In this document: in pieces, positions 29,337 through 42,656 of the stretch
Position numbering within the stretch: position 1 is the first letter of the stretch
Layout: every line of letters begins with the position of its first letter
NCBI GenBank assembly: GCA_038496445.1
Contig: JALMLS010000342.1
Location: 186,001 to 250,000 of the forward strand
DNA length: 64,000 nt
Direction: 5' to 3'
From: Trichosphaerium sp. ATCC 40318
Lineage: Eukaryota; Protista; Tubulinea
Program-made: the position numbers and the translations under genes
The notes under the pieces: generated by a model
What the model was told of the DNA's origin: nothing
Database searches by the model: none
Seen by the model: only the letters and a program-made list of their open reading frames with translations

Positions 29337-29542
29337 GACGTGCGGTGTTTAGGCAGATGGAATTTTCGTGCTTTTTGTACTTGACACCTATTCGCTGACA
29401 CAATTATAAGCGCAAGCGCACTACAGGGTTAATCACAGTACAGATTTGACGTTGCTTTAAGCGAACATATTTAAGTTTTCTTGTTCAAAACTGAAAAAAG
29501 AAGTGTAAGCGAGCAAAAGGAAACCACAACGCGACTTGCACT

Positions 29543-32500
29543 ATGCAGCGTAATTTTAAGGTAATTGTTCAAACATTCGCTCATTTTTTCTCACTTTTAT
29601 TGAAGTTTTCCAACTTTCTTGGTTGCCCGTACAGCGGAGGGAACATGGTATTTACACCAGAGGGGAATCATGTTATTGTTCAAGCGAGCAACCGTATATG
29701 CGTATACGACCTAAAAAAGTACCGTACACGCCTTTTTTCGCGTAAATTAACATCGTCAGTCATTCATGCCACACATTACCTTTTGAAAGTTGGCAAAACA
29801 TACGCTACCTTGACGTAGCGCCAGACGGACAGTCAGTATTTACTTTGGATGAAGGTGAGGGAAAAACGGAATGACAAACGTTAACCATCTTGTAGGCCCT
29901 GTTATATCCTGTGTCAGCCTAGCGTTTCGCGTACCACTATACTCAGCACCAATAAAATGGGCGGGCAGTCCAAGGCATGTGACACCATCCATTGCAGCAC
30001 CTAATGTAATATAGGTGCCTCAAGATATCTCCAAATGGCAAATTAATTGCTCTTGCACTCGGTCGCTTCCTCTGTGTCCACAAATTACCAAAATATGCTC
30101 TTACATTTAGACCACTTCGTGCTGCATACTTTAGAACAAAAGCCTTTGGTGACGACATTATACACATGCGCTGGGATGCGAGTAGCACGTGCGAAAAGAC
30201 ATGTAATTACAACTATAAACTAAACATTGCGTAGATTTATCACAACGACAGTGCAAGCTGTAGGAACCTTTATTGTTGATATAAGAAAAGGAAAAGCAAA
30301 GGCAGTGCACTCGTTTTATCCAAATAATACCCCACTTGCAAGTTTTCACTCGGAAGACAATCAAAGAGTATCCACAACCCGTCCAGAATTTCTACTTCTA
30401 AAACAACTTTACCTTAACATCCAAGATGTACATAGTAACAAAATTTAAAGGCATAGCGCGCTACAGCATAATTAAAAAGGTAAGTCACATGTGCAGCTAC
30501 AGTGACTAATTTCCTGTTGTAGGAAGAGGCTGGGCAAGTTAAGCCAAATATAGATGATAGATACAATGCTCTAGATGAAAAGGAAGTTATATCTTTTGAT
30601 GATCACCAATTTGTATTCGTAGATAGGCCAAAAGAGTTTCAGAGAGGTAAGCTATTGATGTTTATTATTCAAGTTTTCACCAATAATATAGAGGGCGTAA
30701 AGGCTACATGTTGTGATTTTTACAATCACTCAAATTTGATTGTTGTCGGTTATGATGACGGGTACATTTTTAAGTCCCATCACGCAACATGCTTATACGA
30801 TTTTAGCGTTTTCCGTATTTATGACATGGCTAATGTAACGGCACTTCAAGAAGTCCGTGTTGGCTCTACTGGCATTGATACTGTAGCAATTAATTCAACA
30901 GGACACTGGATTGCTATTGGATGTGCTAAACGTGGTATTTTCCAAGTTTGGGATTGGCAAGCAGAAAGGCGTAAGTATTATTGTTTATTTCTTCTTTTTT
31001 TCGTTCGCGGGATCAGAGCAATCATATCAAGAATTTATGTTTGTTTATAACTTGCGATATATAAAAATCGTCAAAGGCGGTGTTAGCTAGTCAATTAAGC
31101 CATTTGTCAAGCTTTAGATGCCTTTGACACATTTTGACACCTGTCACAATTTTGTCATTTTGTGGACATTTTTTGTCTAGTAGTTTAGCTAGTATCCTTA
31201 CCATGTTACTATAGATGTTATTAAACAAAGAGGACACAAAGGCGACGTTCGCAGCCTTCAGTATTCTCCAGACGGAAAATATGTTATATCTGGTGGCTCA
31301 GATGGAAGATTGAAAGTCTGGAACGCAAACAATGGGTTCAATTTCATCACGTTCAAAGGTATTAATTCAAAAACTCAATAATTTGGAATTATTAACATTA
31401 ACGTGAAATTAGATCACGATGCTCCAATCACTGGCGTAGCCTTTTCTATCAAAGGAAGTGTTGCTGTATCTGCCAGTCTGGATGGTACAGTTCGCGCTTT
31501 TGATATGCTCAGATACAGAAATTTCCGTACTTTAACATCACCACATAATGCACAATTCAGGTACGTGTAGTAATATTTTTTTGCTGTTCCCTCACATCTT
31601 TGTAGTTGTGTTGCTATTGATCCTGCTGGAGAAATTGTAGCTGCTGGAGCCACAGACACATTTGCCATTTACGTTTGGGATTTGCGTACTGGTAGACTAC
31701 TTGACACATTGACTCGGCATGAAGGACCTGTTGTGTCTGTAGCGTTCTCACCTGGTAAGTTGTAATTCACATCAACAATCACTAACTAGTTTGTAGTTGG
31801 ACCAATGTTATTGTCAGCAAGTTGGGATAAAACTGCTCGAACATGGGATGTCTATAAAGCCAATAAATCTCACAACGATATTTTCCAGGTTAGTTTTGTG
31901 CAGTAGCATCATAATTGCTAATTATTATGATAAGGTTAACTCTGAGTGCCTTGCCGTGGCTTGGAAACCTGATGGTAAACATGTCTGCACTAGCGATCGA
32001 TCAGGAAATCTTACATTTTGGGACGTTGAAACAAGTGACACACTGGGTATCATTGAAGTACGTAAATGTCACATGAAAGGCGAACTTGCTTATAAATATT
32101 ATTAATAGGGTAAACACGATATGGTAGGAGGTTGGGTAGTAGGCGACTTTAGGCGCCCAGAACACTCAACACGTACACAATTTTTTAACAGGTAAGCAAG
32201 CAGATACTTGCTACGTAACATGTTAATGAGTCAATAGCGTCCAGTATACCGCTGACGGTAATTACGTGGTTGCTTGTGGTAACACACGATGGGTATGCTT
32301 ATACCACGTGGAGCAACGTATGCTCATCAAACGTTTCTGCCTTTCCCATAATCTTGGTTTTGGTGGTGCCTCGGATAGGTTTCCACATATGAGAGTTGAC
32401 AATGATGTTGGTTTCCTTGACTTCATTGATGATCCAACAGTGGAAGAACGAGAGCACGGGTACTGTATTTTAGCAAACATAGTAGCAATTAATTAAAGGT

Positions 32501-33489
32501 TTAAACTAGAATTGATAACCAAAAAGATAAGTCTCTACCCGGTGTTAAGCAAGGAAATTACCAAGTCAAAAAGCTTTCACAAACTCTCATTACGTACGTT
32601 AGTTTATTTAGTTGTATTTATAGCAATCTTACTTGGATGTAGCGCACACGCCGTTGCATTTTCTCCAGCTGGGCGACAATTTTCTTGTGGTACACATGAG
32701 GTACGGTGGTTTCTTTTTTGGCATCTTGCCTCCCTCATCATTTTCACAGGGTTTGGCTGTATTTTCACTTGATGATGCAATGTTGTTCGATCCTTACAAC
32801 CTTGATATTGACGTTACACCATACACAACATTAAAGATGCTAAAAAACGGGGAATACTCAAAAGCATTAATTGTGCGTGCTCTTTGCTACTAGTGGCAGC
32901 ACTTACATAAAATAGATGGCATTCAGATTGAATGACATGGAGCTCGTGCGACGTGTATTTGAAGATATTCCAATAGATGACGTATCCATTGTAGTATCTG
33001 AACTTCATACAGCATACGTGGCTAGGTGCGTCATAGCTAGTGAGATCTTTTGCTGATTGATACAAGATTGTTGCGATTTATTTCGGAGTATATTGGCAAG
33101 TCTAGACATCTTGAATTCTCACTACGTTGGGTTGAACAATTATTTTTGTACCACGGGCAGTACATATCCCAAGAAGCAGAAAAATTACGTACCGTTATGA
33201 GACACTTGAAGAAAAACGTGCTACGACAAGGCGAGCGTTTAGCAAAGATGTACGCAAACAACTCTGGGCGTAAAATGCAAGTTACTAATGCATGTTTAGC
33301 ACCAACGAAAATGGCTATTTATTGGAGTACTATGGTACAATGCAGCACCAAGTCTCCATCAAGGACGTTGAGGATGAAAGTAATGGCCTAATGGATATTG
33401 ATGACGAAGGAGATGATGTTATGACTGAAGCACAAGCCAATGCTGGCATTCAAGAAGGAATCAACGCTGGGTTACCTGGATGGGGTTGA
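29543..33489 (+). CDS. PWP2: Periodic tryptophan protein 2 (PWP2/Utp1), WD40
   Basis: [63 protein letters not shown]. Confidence 0.95.
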
Positions 33490-33620
33490 AATAAACAATA
33501 AACTACGTGAATGTAATTGCAAATTTAGAAAAGTGTTGTACACAGAAAACCATGCACAGAATACAAATACAGTCAAATGTAGTATTCAAGGTAGCCCTTA
33601 TTTTAGTCGTAATTACAACA

Positions 33621-36446
33621 ATGTCGCGGCCAAGGGGTTCGCGTAAAAAGAACAACGCACAGCCCGATCCATTATTTTCTGGTTTCAACGGCATAGCTGG
33701 CGTTACTATTAGCCAGGCCGGTACTGTACATATTAGCGGCCATCAACAACCGCAAAACAGCATGAGTTCGTTCCCACCAGTCCAGCACGTACCAGCAGTA
33801 CAGCACCAACCAATTGGTAACTTTCAACCTGCTGGTTTTTCATCAGCACAGATGCCAGATTTTGAAATAGACCCAATGGGGTCGTCGCTAGGCATGATAG
33901 AATCAAACTTGTTCCCTCTGACATCTGAACCGGATTTTACAAGGTATTTAGTCTAATTACGTAATTTATAACGCTAACTTGGCGTCGTTTTGTTTTTAAA
34001 CGATTAACATAACAACATTTATGAATTCTAATGTATTAGTTCATTAAACGACCTTGCGTTCTCTTCTGGGAACAGTATGACGCAGCTTGGAATCGGGGGC
34101 AATGATCTATCACAAGAACCAATTTTTAGAGCGCAACCCGGTTTAAGGACAGATACAACGCCTTTCCAACAATTATCACCAAGGTCACCTCACACAGCAG
34201 ACACAGAATACACGAATGATATTCCTTCACCCCGATCAAGTACACTGTTTATTCTCCAAACTCTACGTCTTACCTTTAACCAGCCATGGAGCCTTTGACG
34301 CCGAATTCATTTACATTTTCTACACCAATGATTACAGTAGTAGAAGTATCAACGCAAGCTGTCAAACAACGCGTCACAGTACGTCCAAAATAAGAATTTA
34401 TTAATCTGTCAAAAAATACCTGTAGCAGTTTCAAAAAAAAAAAAACTAGAGCCTTATTTGTCAATAGGAGATAGATGAGCGCAAGTCTTTTTACGAAAAT
34501 AATGTTGTGCAATTGCGTTCTGCAGTACAAGCTCTAACAGAGCCATTCCAACAAGAGCCTTTCACGGAGGTAGTACGATACGGAAACATGCTCGCTGAAG
34601 AGGTGCGTTTATTTTTGCGAATGCGTTTTTAATTGAATAAAAGATAACACAATGGCTTGGACATTTAAAAGCACTGGTGGAGGGTGAGCTTTTATCGTAT
34701 GGTGACTTCCAGTGCCTTCTAGAGACAAAACAAAAGCTAGAAACTGCTCTAGTGGAGACAAACCTCTATAGACAAGAGCTAGAGGAAATAAGTACTAACA
34801 AACACTCGTACGTAACAAAGAAAAAGAAACAACTTTTCGTAAGGTAATTTAATATTTAATTGTCTTACTTTTGCATAGTTTCCTTGCTAAACTTGTTATA
34901 ACGGAACAACCATTCCCATGCCCAATACACATTAATAAACAAATGCCTGCTATAACAGTAAAACTGAAATACGGTTCGTTTGGCTCTTTTTTTTTTTTTC
35001 AATTTTTCCTTATTAATTTTTTGTTCAGGTGCACGTTGCCAAATACAGACAAAACAACCTGTCGTGGCCTATCTAATTAAAAACTTTACACAAAAAAGAA
35101 AAATAAAATTAGAGAATCAACAAGAATACCTTCAAGATGGCGTTGCACGTTTCTTGACAATGAAAATATTATCGGGTAAGACAGTTATTGTACTATTATT
35201 TTAATTCACTCTTAGGGACTCTTATGCGCATAGTAGCATTAAAGTTTACAATATCGGTTGATATGCAACGTGGTCAACAACGTATGACTAAAACAATTGA
35301 ATCAGAACAGACGAAACCTACTGTACAGCCTTAAATAATTTTTTCTTTGTATTTACAAGTATTAGATCGCCTTGACACGTGAAAAACTCCAGTATACTGA
35401 ATCCATGGGCAAACTTCTCGAAAAAGAGTTATTCTCCAGTACGTTCTCCATCACCAAAAACAGAAAAAAGTACTGGACCTCATTTTTCTAAAACGTTGTT
35501 TAGGCGCTGAAGGACCACAATTAGAGATACCTGTTATACTATTCTGTAATTATATTCAACGCGTGTTTTGTATTGCTACAGAGCAATCTTGTGAAGGCGC
35601 AATGTGTCTCTCTAGGTACGGTGAACCAAGAAATCTTATATTCCTTCCACTGTGGCGTACTCTTGCTTACCTATTTTTCTTCTACAACCAGATCTACGCT
35701 ACAACGTATTGTTGAGGTTAAATTCAGAAAACGACTTGATAACCAAACAAAGATATCTATGAACGAATTCCAAGATTTTTGGAAATGGTTTGGTCCTTTC
35801 TTGCTCAAGTTTAGACGCATGAAAGATATGACTGCTATGTTTTTAACAGGTCTAATATGGCCTTTCATTAGCAAGGTACACCTAAAGGGAAGATTACAAT
35901 CAGTTATTTAACGTACGTGCAGGACGAAGCTACAAATGTCTTAAACAAGTATCGTGCTGGTTGCTTTCTAGTTCGCCTAAGTCTATCAAAACCTGGTGGT
36001 ATTGTTATATCATACCACTTGGGTAAAGATGATCGCCCAGTACGGCATTATCTCCTAAAGGATTCTGATATATACGGTACGAACGCATGCTTTTTGTCAA
36101 TTTTTTTGCGTCACGTGCACTTTATGAGAAGAAAATTTTTATGACAAAGTCGTTTGACCTTATGATTTGACATTGGTTTTTAGAGGGTATGACAGTACCA
36201 GTATATTTGAGGAACCTTCACACATTTCAAAAGATTATAAGAACCTGGGAAGAACAGAGTGGCAGGCAGTGCGCCCCACTAAATAAATTAGTCGTACGTT
36301 AATCTTGGCATTTTTGTAGTTTTTTTTCTGATTGTAATAAGGCTTTGGATGTATGGATACGAGATGTACCACAAGCTGATTTGGATTCTTATGATGGTAT
36401 AATTTACCACTTACCTAACCAAGTGTTGGGCATGTCCCTGAATTAA
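33621..36446 (+). CDS. Amoebozoan (Dictyostelium-type) STAT transcription factor with SH2 domain
   Basis: Q/S-rich N-terminus, coiled coil, LVITEQPFPCPI, FQDFWKWFGP, GLIWPFISK..GCFLVRLSLSKPGGIVISY..VRHYLL, C-terminal DSY. Confidence 0.85.
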
Positions 36447-36592
36447 TGAAATTAAATAAACTCTTGTACAATCACTTAGTTTTGTTTACCACCTGACTTG
36501 AAACAAAAAACCAAACATCACGTTTGTAGACAATTTATTCTATGAACAAATTGACATAGTATGTTACAGTCGTAGGACATGGTACAGTATAT

Positions 36593-38434
36593 CTATTCGC
36601 ATACAACTGGTACATCATAAGGAAATACCTCATCAGCTTCTCTGAATCCACCTGTGAGGTACTTCAATGATTCCTCAGAATCGTTGTTGAAGTATTCGAT
36701 GGTGTGGTGAAACAAAGTAGCAAGAAGCTCGCTTCCCTTGTCTCCGTCAATACGAGGAGGTACATCAGGGGATCCATGTGTTGCAGGGTCTGCATTGTCG
36801 GCAACGAGCCAGTGGTTAGCACCTTCAATGTAAAAGGCCAAATTGTTGCTACCGTCTTCGTATCGGTTGTACCCCTTCATGAAGTTGTCGGTAGATGCAA
36901 TACCACTGTGTAAATCGATACCGCCTCTGAACCAACCTGTAAATTTACCAGGGATTACGGTAGGGATAAAAGCTGGAGGTTGACCGCCGAAGTCGCCTGC
37001 GACGAGACCACCGTACTGAACAGCTCCTTTGATGTTCGTTCTGGAAGTGACATCAAATAGTCCGCAGCTAATCGAATAAGTGCCGTTGCATATGGCTGTG
37101 CCTTGTTCGTCTTTAGATACGCAAGTTAGAGCGTTGGCACCGCCAAAAGAGTGTCCAGCAAATATGATGTTGTCCAAGTCGACGTTAGGTTTCTGAGCTG
37201 GGTTGGCAACCCAAAAGGCTTCGAGTGCATCCAAGGCCGAGCAAGGAGCAAGGTTGATAGGAAATGGGAAAGGAGGGAAAGGGACGAATCTTGTTACGAC
37301 TGCTACAACGTAACCTTGACTAGCAACGTTGGCGGCAAGACGGGAGTATTCGGAAGATGTGTTGTAGCCGCTGCCACCGCCAAGGAAGATCATCAAAGGG
37401 AAGTTTTGGGCAGAATGAGGGTAAGTTACGAAGATATCGTATGGTGTATCAGCTGGAGGCTCGTTTGTAGGAACGTCGTATTGGGTTGTCAATACAGAGT
37501 ATTGAGGATTAAAGGCTGTTGGTAGTCCAAGGTCCTTGCGCTCAAAGAGGGCGTTGTTTCTTGTTGATAATGTATCAGATCGCACAAATCCTGAGAATTT
37601 AGCATTGTTGCGGACATCAGTTGTGCCGTTTACCCAAATACCTGACAAAAAACGGTAAGTAAAAAAGTTGTCTTCAAAGTCATGGTACCTCCACATGCTT
37701 CAAAGTCGTTTCTTGCAATCAAGTCTCCATAGATATGTAAGGTTCCTTTACAATGTGGAAAAGAAACTTCAGCATTGTTTCTGAGATCAAGGTTGCCGTT
37801 GATGATGACTCTTGCGTTTTCATCGAAAGTTAACTCTACATTGTTCCTTACAGATACGTCGCCGTTGATGATAACCACGGATCCAGATATGTGAGTAGAC
37901 GATTGAATATCGTTAGGGAAGGTTTTGCATCTTGAACCAGAACCAATGCTTCTGAAGGACTGTAGAAAGAAGTCAGAAAAAGGAAGTTCCGAATATACGA
38001 AAAAGCCAATGGCGTACATTTGGACGAAAGATAAGATCAAAATTTATGATACGTGTTTCATTCGTGAAGGTCATGTTTTGTGTACGCGGTACAATGCCGA
38101 GGATTGTTTCGAAATCAAGTGCGTTTGAAGGGTCCAAAGTGAAGGTATTGACGTCATCAATATCAACTCCATTTCTGGTAACTACAGATCCGACAACATC
38201 CAAAGTTTGTCCGCTTGGATTGTTACGAAGATCAACGTCACCTTGTACAAAGCCATTTTCAAAAGCAAAGCCGTTTCTTGCTTCTAGACCGCCTGTAGAT
38301 AGGAAATCACCAACAACACAAGCGTTGTTTCTAAATGACATATGTCCGCTTGTTGTAACAGCAAACTGGTCCAGTTGCTGTGCTTGTAGTACAACAAGGG
38401 CTGTAAAGAGGATAGTTATTGCAGTACAGACCAT
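36593..38434 (-). CDS. Secreted beta-solenoid + alpha/beta hydrolase, paralogue B (inverted duplicate of 1278-3112)
   Basis: Same signal peptide, same two intron positions, AGHSFGG and GANH motifs. Confidence 0.85.
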
Positions 38435-38506
38435 CTATCAAAGAGTTAATACGTCGTATAAGGTATAAGAATCATGTAGGGTGTACCTTAGTGAAGAGGT
38501 GTTGCA

Positions 38507-39163
38507 ATGGATAGAGTAGTTTTGTGAATATAAATTTAGCAAAACAAACAGGGAAGTTTTTTTGATAAATGTGGACAAAATTTAAAGCCGGGAAATACAT
38601 GGACTACGCTAGAAGAACTCTTTGCACTGGTACATATTTTGGACGCGCCTAGTTTTATTCAAATTCGAATTTTCGTAAAACTGTGCAGTATTTTTAAACG
38701 ATTTTACTCGAAGGAAATCTGCGATGTCATAGGTATAGAAGCAGTGCTTCTAAAAGGAGCTCATTTTCATTCTATCGGAGAAACTTTCAAAAACAAACAT
38801 AGTTCAGACCGCGGTACATATCTATTAAGACGCGAATCAACGCGCTTTACTGTCTCTAGCGAACTTACCTTCCCAACACAGTAATCAGGAGACAAGTACC
38901 GAATAATCAGACGCAAGCTTGTTTTCTAGAAAACTGAAAAACTTTTGGACTCTAGAGTTCGATAGAGTCGCGCTTCTAATACATAAATAGAATCTTGTGT
39001 TGATGACTTGCCAGAAAAAGTATTGTGCGATTTGCTATCTTTGATCATACGGTACTACCCTACCTTTTTCGTAATTACTCCACTATTTACAATACGTTGT
39101 CACAGTGCGTCTGTTGAGAAGCTACATAGAATGAAGAAACTCCATCAAAGGCTAAAATTATAA
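38507..39163 (+). CDS. Possible small multi-exon hypothetical protein
   Basis: A phase-consistent chain of GT-AG introns gives MDRGSFFDKCG..WTTLEELFALEICDVIG..KLHQRLKL*; no recognised family. Confidence 0.3.
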
Positions 39164-39457
39164 GTACACCAAAGAAATTGAACTGTTGCGCAAAAAAACG
39201 TTGGCTACCAACATATTTCTAAGCTCTCCTTGGTACGGACAAGAAGTAGAAGTGCAAAGGAAGGTAGAATAGACTAGAATATCAATTTGGTTTGGTGAAG
39301 AAATATGAGTTAACCACGTTCACAATGGTTCGAAATTACTTTCAATATTGCTCTATTCATTAAATGCACTAAGTTCTTACAAGCTTTTTTATTTAAAAAT
39401 CATTGTTGGTACAACACGTGTCTCGGAAAAAAAAAACCAAGTGTCGCTTCGAATAAC

Positions 39458-41082
39458 TTATTCGAAAATTGGTACATAATGTCCAATCTTGTCTCTTTGG
39501 TCCTGTTGTATGCACTCTGCAATCCATACAATATTCCTAATCTCTTGCTCCTTCAATCGGAAGTATGAATAGAACACACCATAACCAAACTGTTGGAAGA
39601 AACTGAGCTCGTGCAATTTCACTTCGTATTCGAAAAATGCGTCTTCAAGCGATTTATCTTCATCGTATTGGATCTGGTTAAACAAGTTATGGTACTCCTA
39701 TTCCAATAAAACGTTAACACAACCGACCAAAAAAAAAAAAGAAAATGCGTACAGGAATATGAGCAAGGGATGCTTGGACTTGATCTTCGTCCTCAGCACG
39801 CTCCAATGATTTCACACCCTTGAGTAGAAGTCAGTATTACTCTTAACAACTATATTAATTACCTCTGGGTACAATTTACCGAGGCGAGGGTAAAGTACTA
39901 CAACAGAATCTTTCTCGAGCTCTGTACCGAAAGAGTTAAGTGTGATATTCACAGAACGTCTGTCAGCTTCAAACTAGTTTGATTGTTAGCTAAAATCTAA
40001 AAAACCTCTATTGTCGTACTCCGAGGACGCGATGCATGACTGAATAAGTCTCTCCTCCAAGTCTCTTGCAAAATCTATCGAAATCTTCGAGGTAAGCCTT
40101 GTATAGAGTATTTCTGATTTCTTCAATGTGCTTTTCGTCTAAATCCTCTTTTTTGAGGCATCCAGCGATGTAAGGGCCTAGATAAACGATTATTTAAAAT
40201 TATATTCAAGTGTCAGGTACTAAAACGCGTACCCAAAGGTGTATCGATGAGGACTTCCTTGTACAATTTTTCTGTAGTATCTTCAACAGTGATGGAACCC
40301 ATAGACTCGAATCTACCCAAAGGATGGCATTTTTCTAAAGCGTAAAATCGTCAATAAAAAATATCATCAAAAACTATATTTATGTGACGTTTCGTACCCT
40401 TGAGCTCTTCAGGGTCTCTGTCGTGAAGTGTACCGGTAATCAAAAGTACTAACAATGATCAATAAGGGCAGAAATCTTAGATTTTTGTTTTTTGTAAATT
40501 TGTTTTTTTTTCTCGCTACAATTAAAATCCGGCTTGGCGCTACACCACGCGTTTGGGTTTCATTGTGTACGTACCAACATTGTCGATCATGTATGCGTAT
40601 GAAATGTAGTCTAGGAAAGTAGCCAAAGGCTCCACGGCATTGGCACGCAAGTAGTTAAACTAAATGTGTTAGCGAGAAAGGCCAGTACCCCAAAAAATGC
40701 GAAAAAATTCTCTCACCTGTTCGACCATCTTTTCTGTACACTTTTCAGCTATTGTGGTGGTCTATGGTTTGTTAAATTAACGCTGTTACAAACAAGTCAG
40801 TACTTGAAGCGGCGATGGCTCATTTTCTAAAAAGTTGCCGTAATCTGTCTCCTGTAATTGTAGTTTCATATCTAGTGCCGTTTTAGCGAGCTGACGAGGG
40901 AAAATAATCGAGTGTTAAATTAACGCCAACAAGCGTAACGTACCTTCTAGGGACTCGCACTGCACCAAGTTCGCGTAATGTTCTTTCTCTCCTAGCAAAC
41001 CAAGACGATAACCTCTTAGAATGCCCTCAAGGTATCCATCGTTTATGTTGAACGTCATCATAGACCCTGTAGACCGCGACAT
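39458..41082 (-). CDS. ATP6V0D1: V-type H+-ATPase V0 subunit d
   Basis: [57 protein letters not shown]. Confidence 0.97.
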
Positions 41083-41376
41083 GGTGCCTGTGTCTTATTT
41101 TTGTGACTTTTGAATGTTAACGAACGACGCCTTGGTTTTTACCAGTTAAATTCCAACGAAAAATCGAACGTAAAGCACTTGCAGTTATTTGTCAAATGTC
41201 AAATGACAGCAACACGTTGCTCGTTAAACTAGTTATTAGATTCTTTGTATTTTTACACGATTACATACACTTTAAGAGTTGTAACCTTACAGCTTTTTTT
41301 TTCCTATCGTGCCCGTCGACAAAAAGGACACGACCGAAAATGTAGTACATTTGTATCGAATGCTGGCCACTCTTTC

Positions 41377-42470
41377 TTAGAGGAACCACATGCCAAGAAG
41401 CAATCCAATGACAAAAATGACAAGGTATATGAGATAGGAGGACATGCCAGAGCTAGGCTTGCTTGGCTGCTCATAAACTCTTGCAGGAGTCTCTTTTTTC
41501 CGTTGCCTCACTAAAGAGCGTATAAATTGGCGTTTAAAAACGTACAAGCGTAGTATTTAAAAAAAATTAGAAAGAAACGTACATCCTCCTGCTGCTAATT
41601 CTTTTTTCAACTTGGCGATTTCTGCTTTGTACTTCTCTTCTGTGGATGAAGACGATTTGCTTGAACCACCATTTGATTTCTATTGTGGGCATTTGAGTTA
41701 ATCTCTTTGGTAAGGCACAAACGCAGTAGTGTTTTTGTGTACCCTTTTTGAGTGTGAGACAGACTCTGCTGGTTCGTATATTGATGCTGCTTCCTCTCCT
41801 TCTCCAGATTTCTTTTTGGCTAGTGGAGATAAGTACCAAAAAAAAATTATACGTGTCAGATATTGTAGTGACATCTTATACGAGAGTCTACGTACATGAG
41901 GTGCCTTCTGGGTGCGAAAATGAGCAAAGAAGCTTTTGATTTACAATTTGGTCTCTCGACGCATTTTTCCACTATGGCATGTATTAATACGCAATGATAG
42001 GAGTATTGGGAACGAAACGGTGCGATCTTTTTGTATTAAAAATACAATCAACCCACGTACCACTGCTTTTACGTCGGAAGGCACAGAATCAAGTACCATG
42101 TGTTGTATTTGGAACTTATCTTTACATTCCAGCGTCTTTGGAGGATCTTGCAGAAAATTCAACAAGACTACCATAAATAAATTACTAATACATCCACCAA
42201 CACTATGCCGTGCCTTGGACCTCGCAAGTCTTCCCAGCAACGATCACTCCTGTATTTGGCCGCACACAGTACCTTTTAGGCGCTGTCGTTTTAACTTTGA
42301 AGGATATAGGCTTGTCCTTGTTTAGGTTCTTTAGCGTTACAATGTTACCCACAACTCGATCAAATGGAGCTAGTTTGGCGGATTAGCAACTAGTAAGGTT
42401 AAAACTCAACGTGTGTACGTGGGAAGTTGAGTTCCTGTGGAGAAACCTTCAGGTAACTAGTTGCGCTCAT
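41377..42470 (-). CDS. VAP/Scs2-family ER protein (MSP domain, coiled coil, C-terminal TM)
   Basis: FKVKTTAPKRYCVRPNTG, CKDKFQIQ, terminal YLIYLVIFVIGLLLGMWFL*. Confidence 0.92.
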
Positions 42471-42656
42471 GGTTGTTGCTCCTTTTTGCTGACTGGCGTT
42501 TTTTGACGCGTAAAGAAGTCAACAGCATTTTGTCAGTCTGTTTTTTTGTGGATTACTGAACGTTGTACTGTTGCTTTCTACAGAAACGTAACTATCGCTC
42601 CAAAAAAAAAAAAAAAGAAACTAGAAAAAGTTCTAACAAACAACTCACTATTCGCT

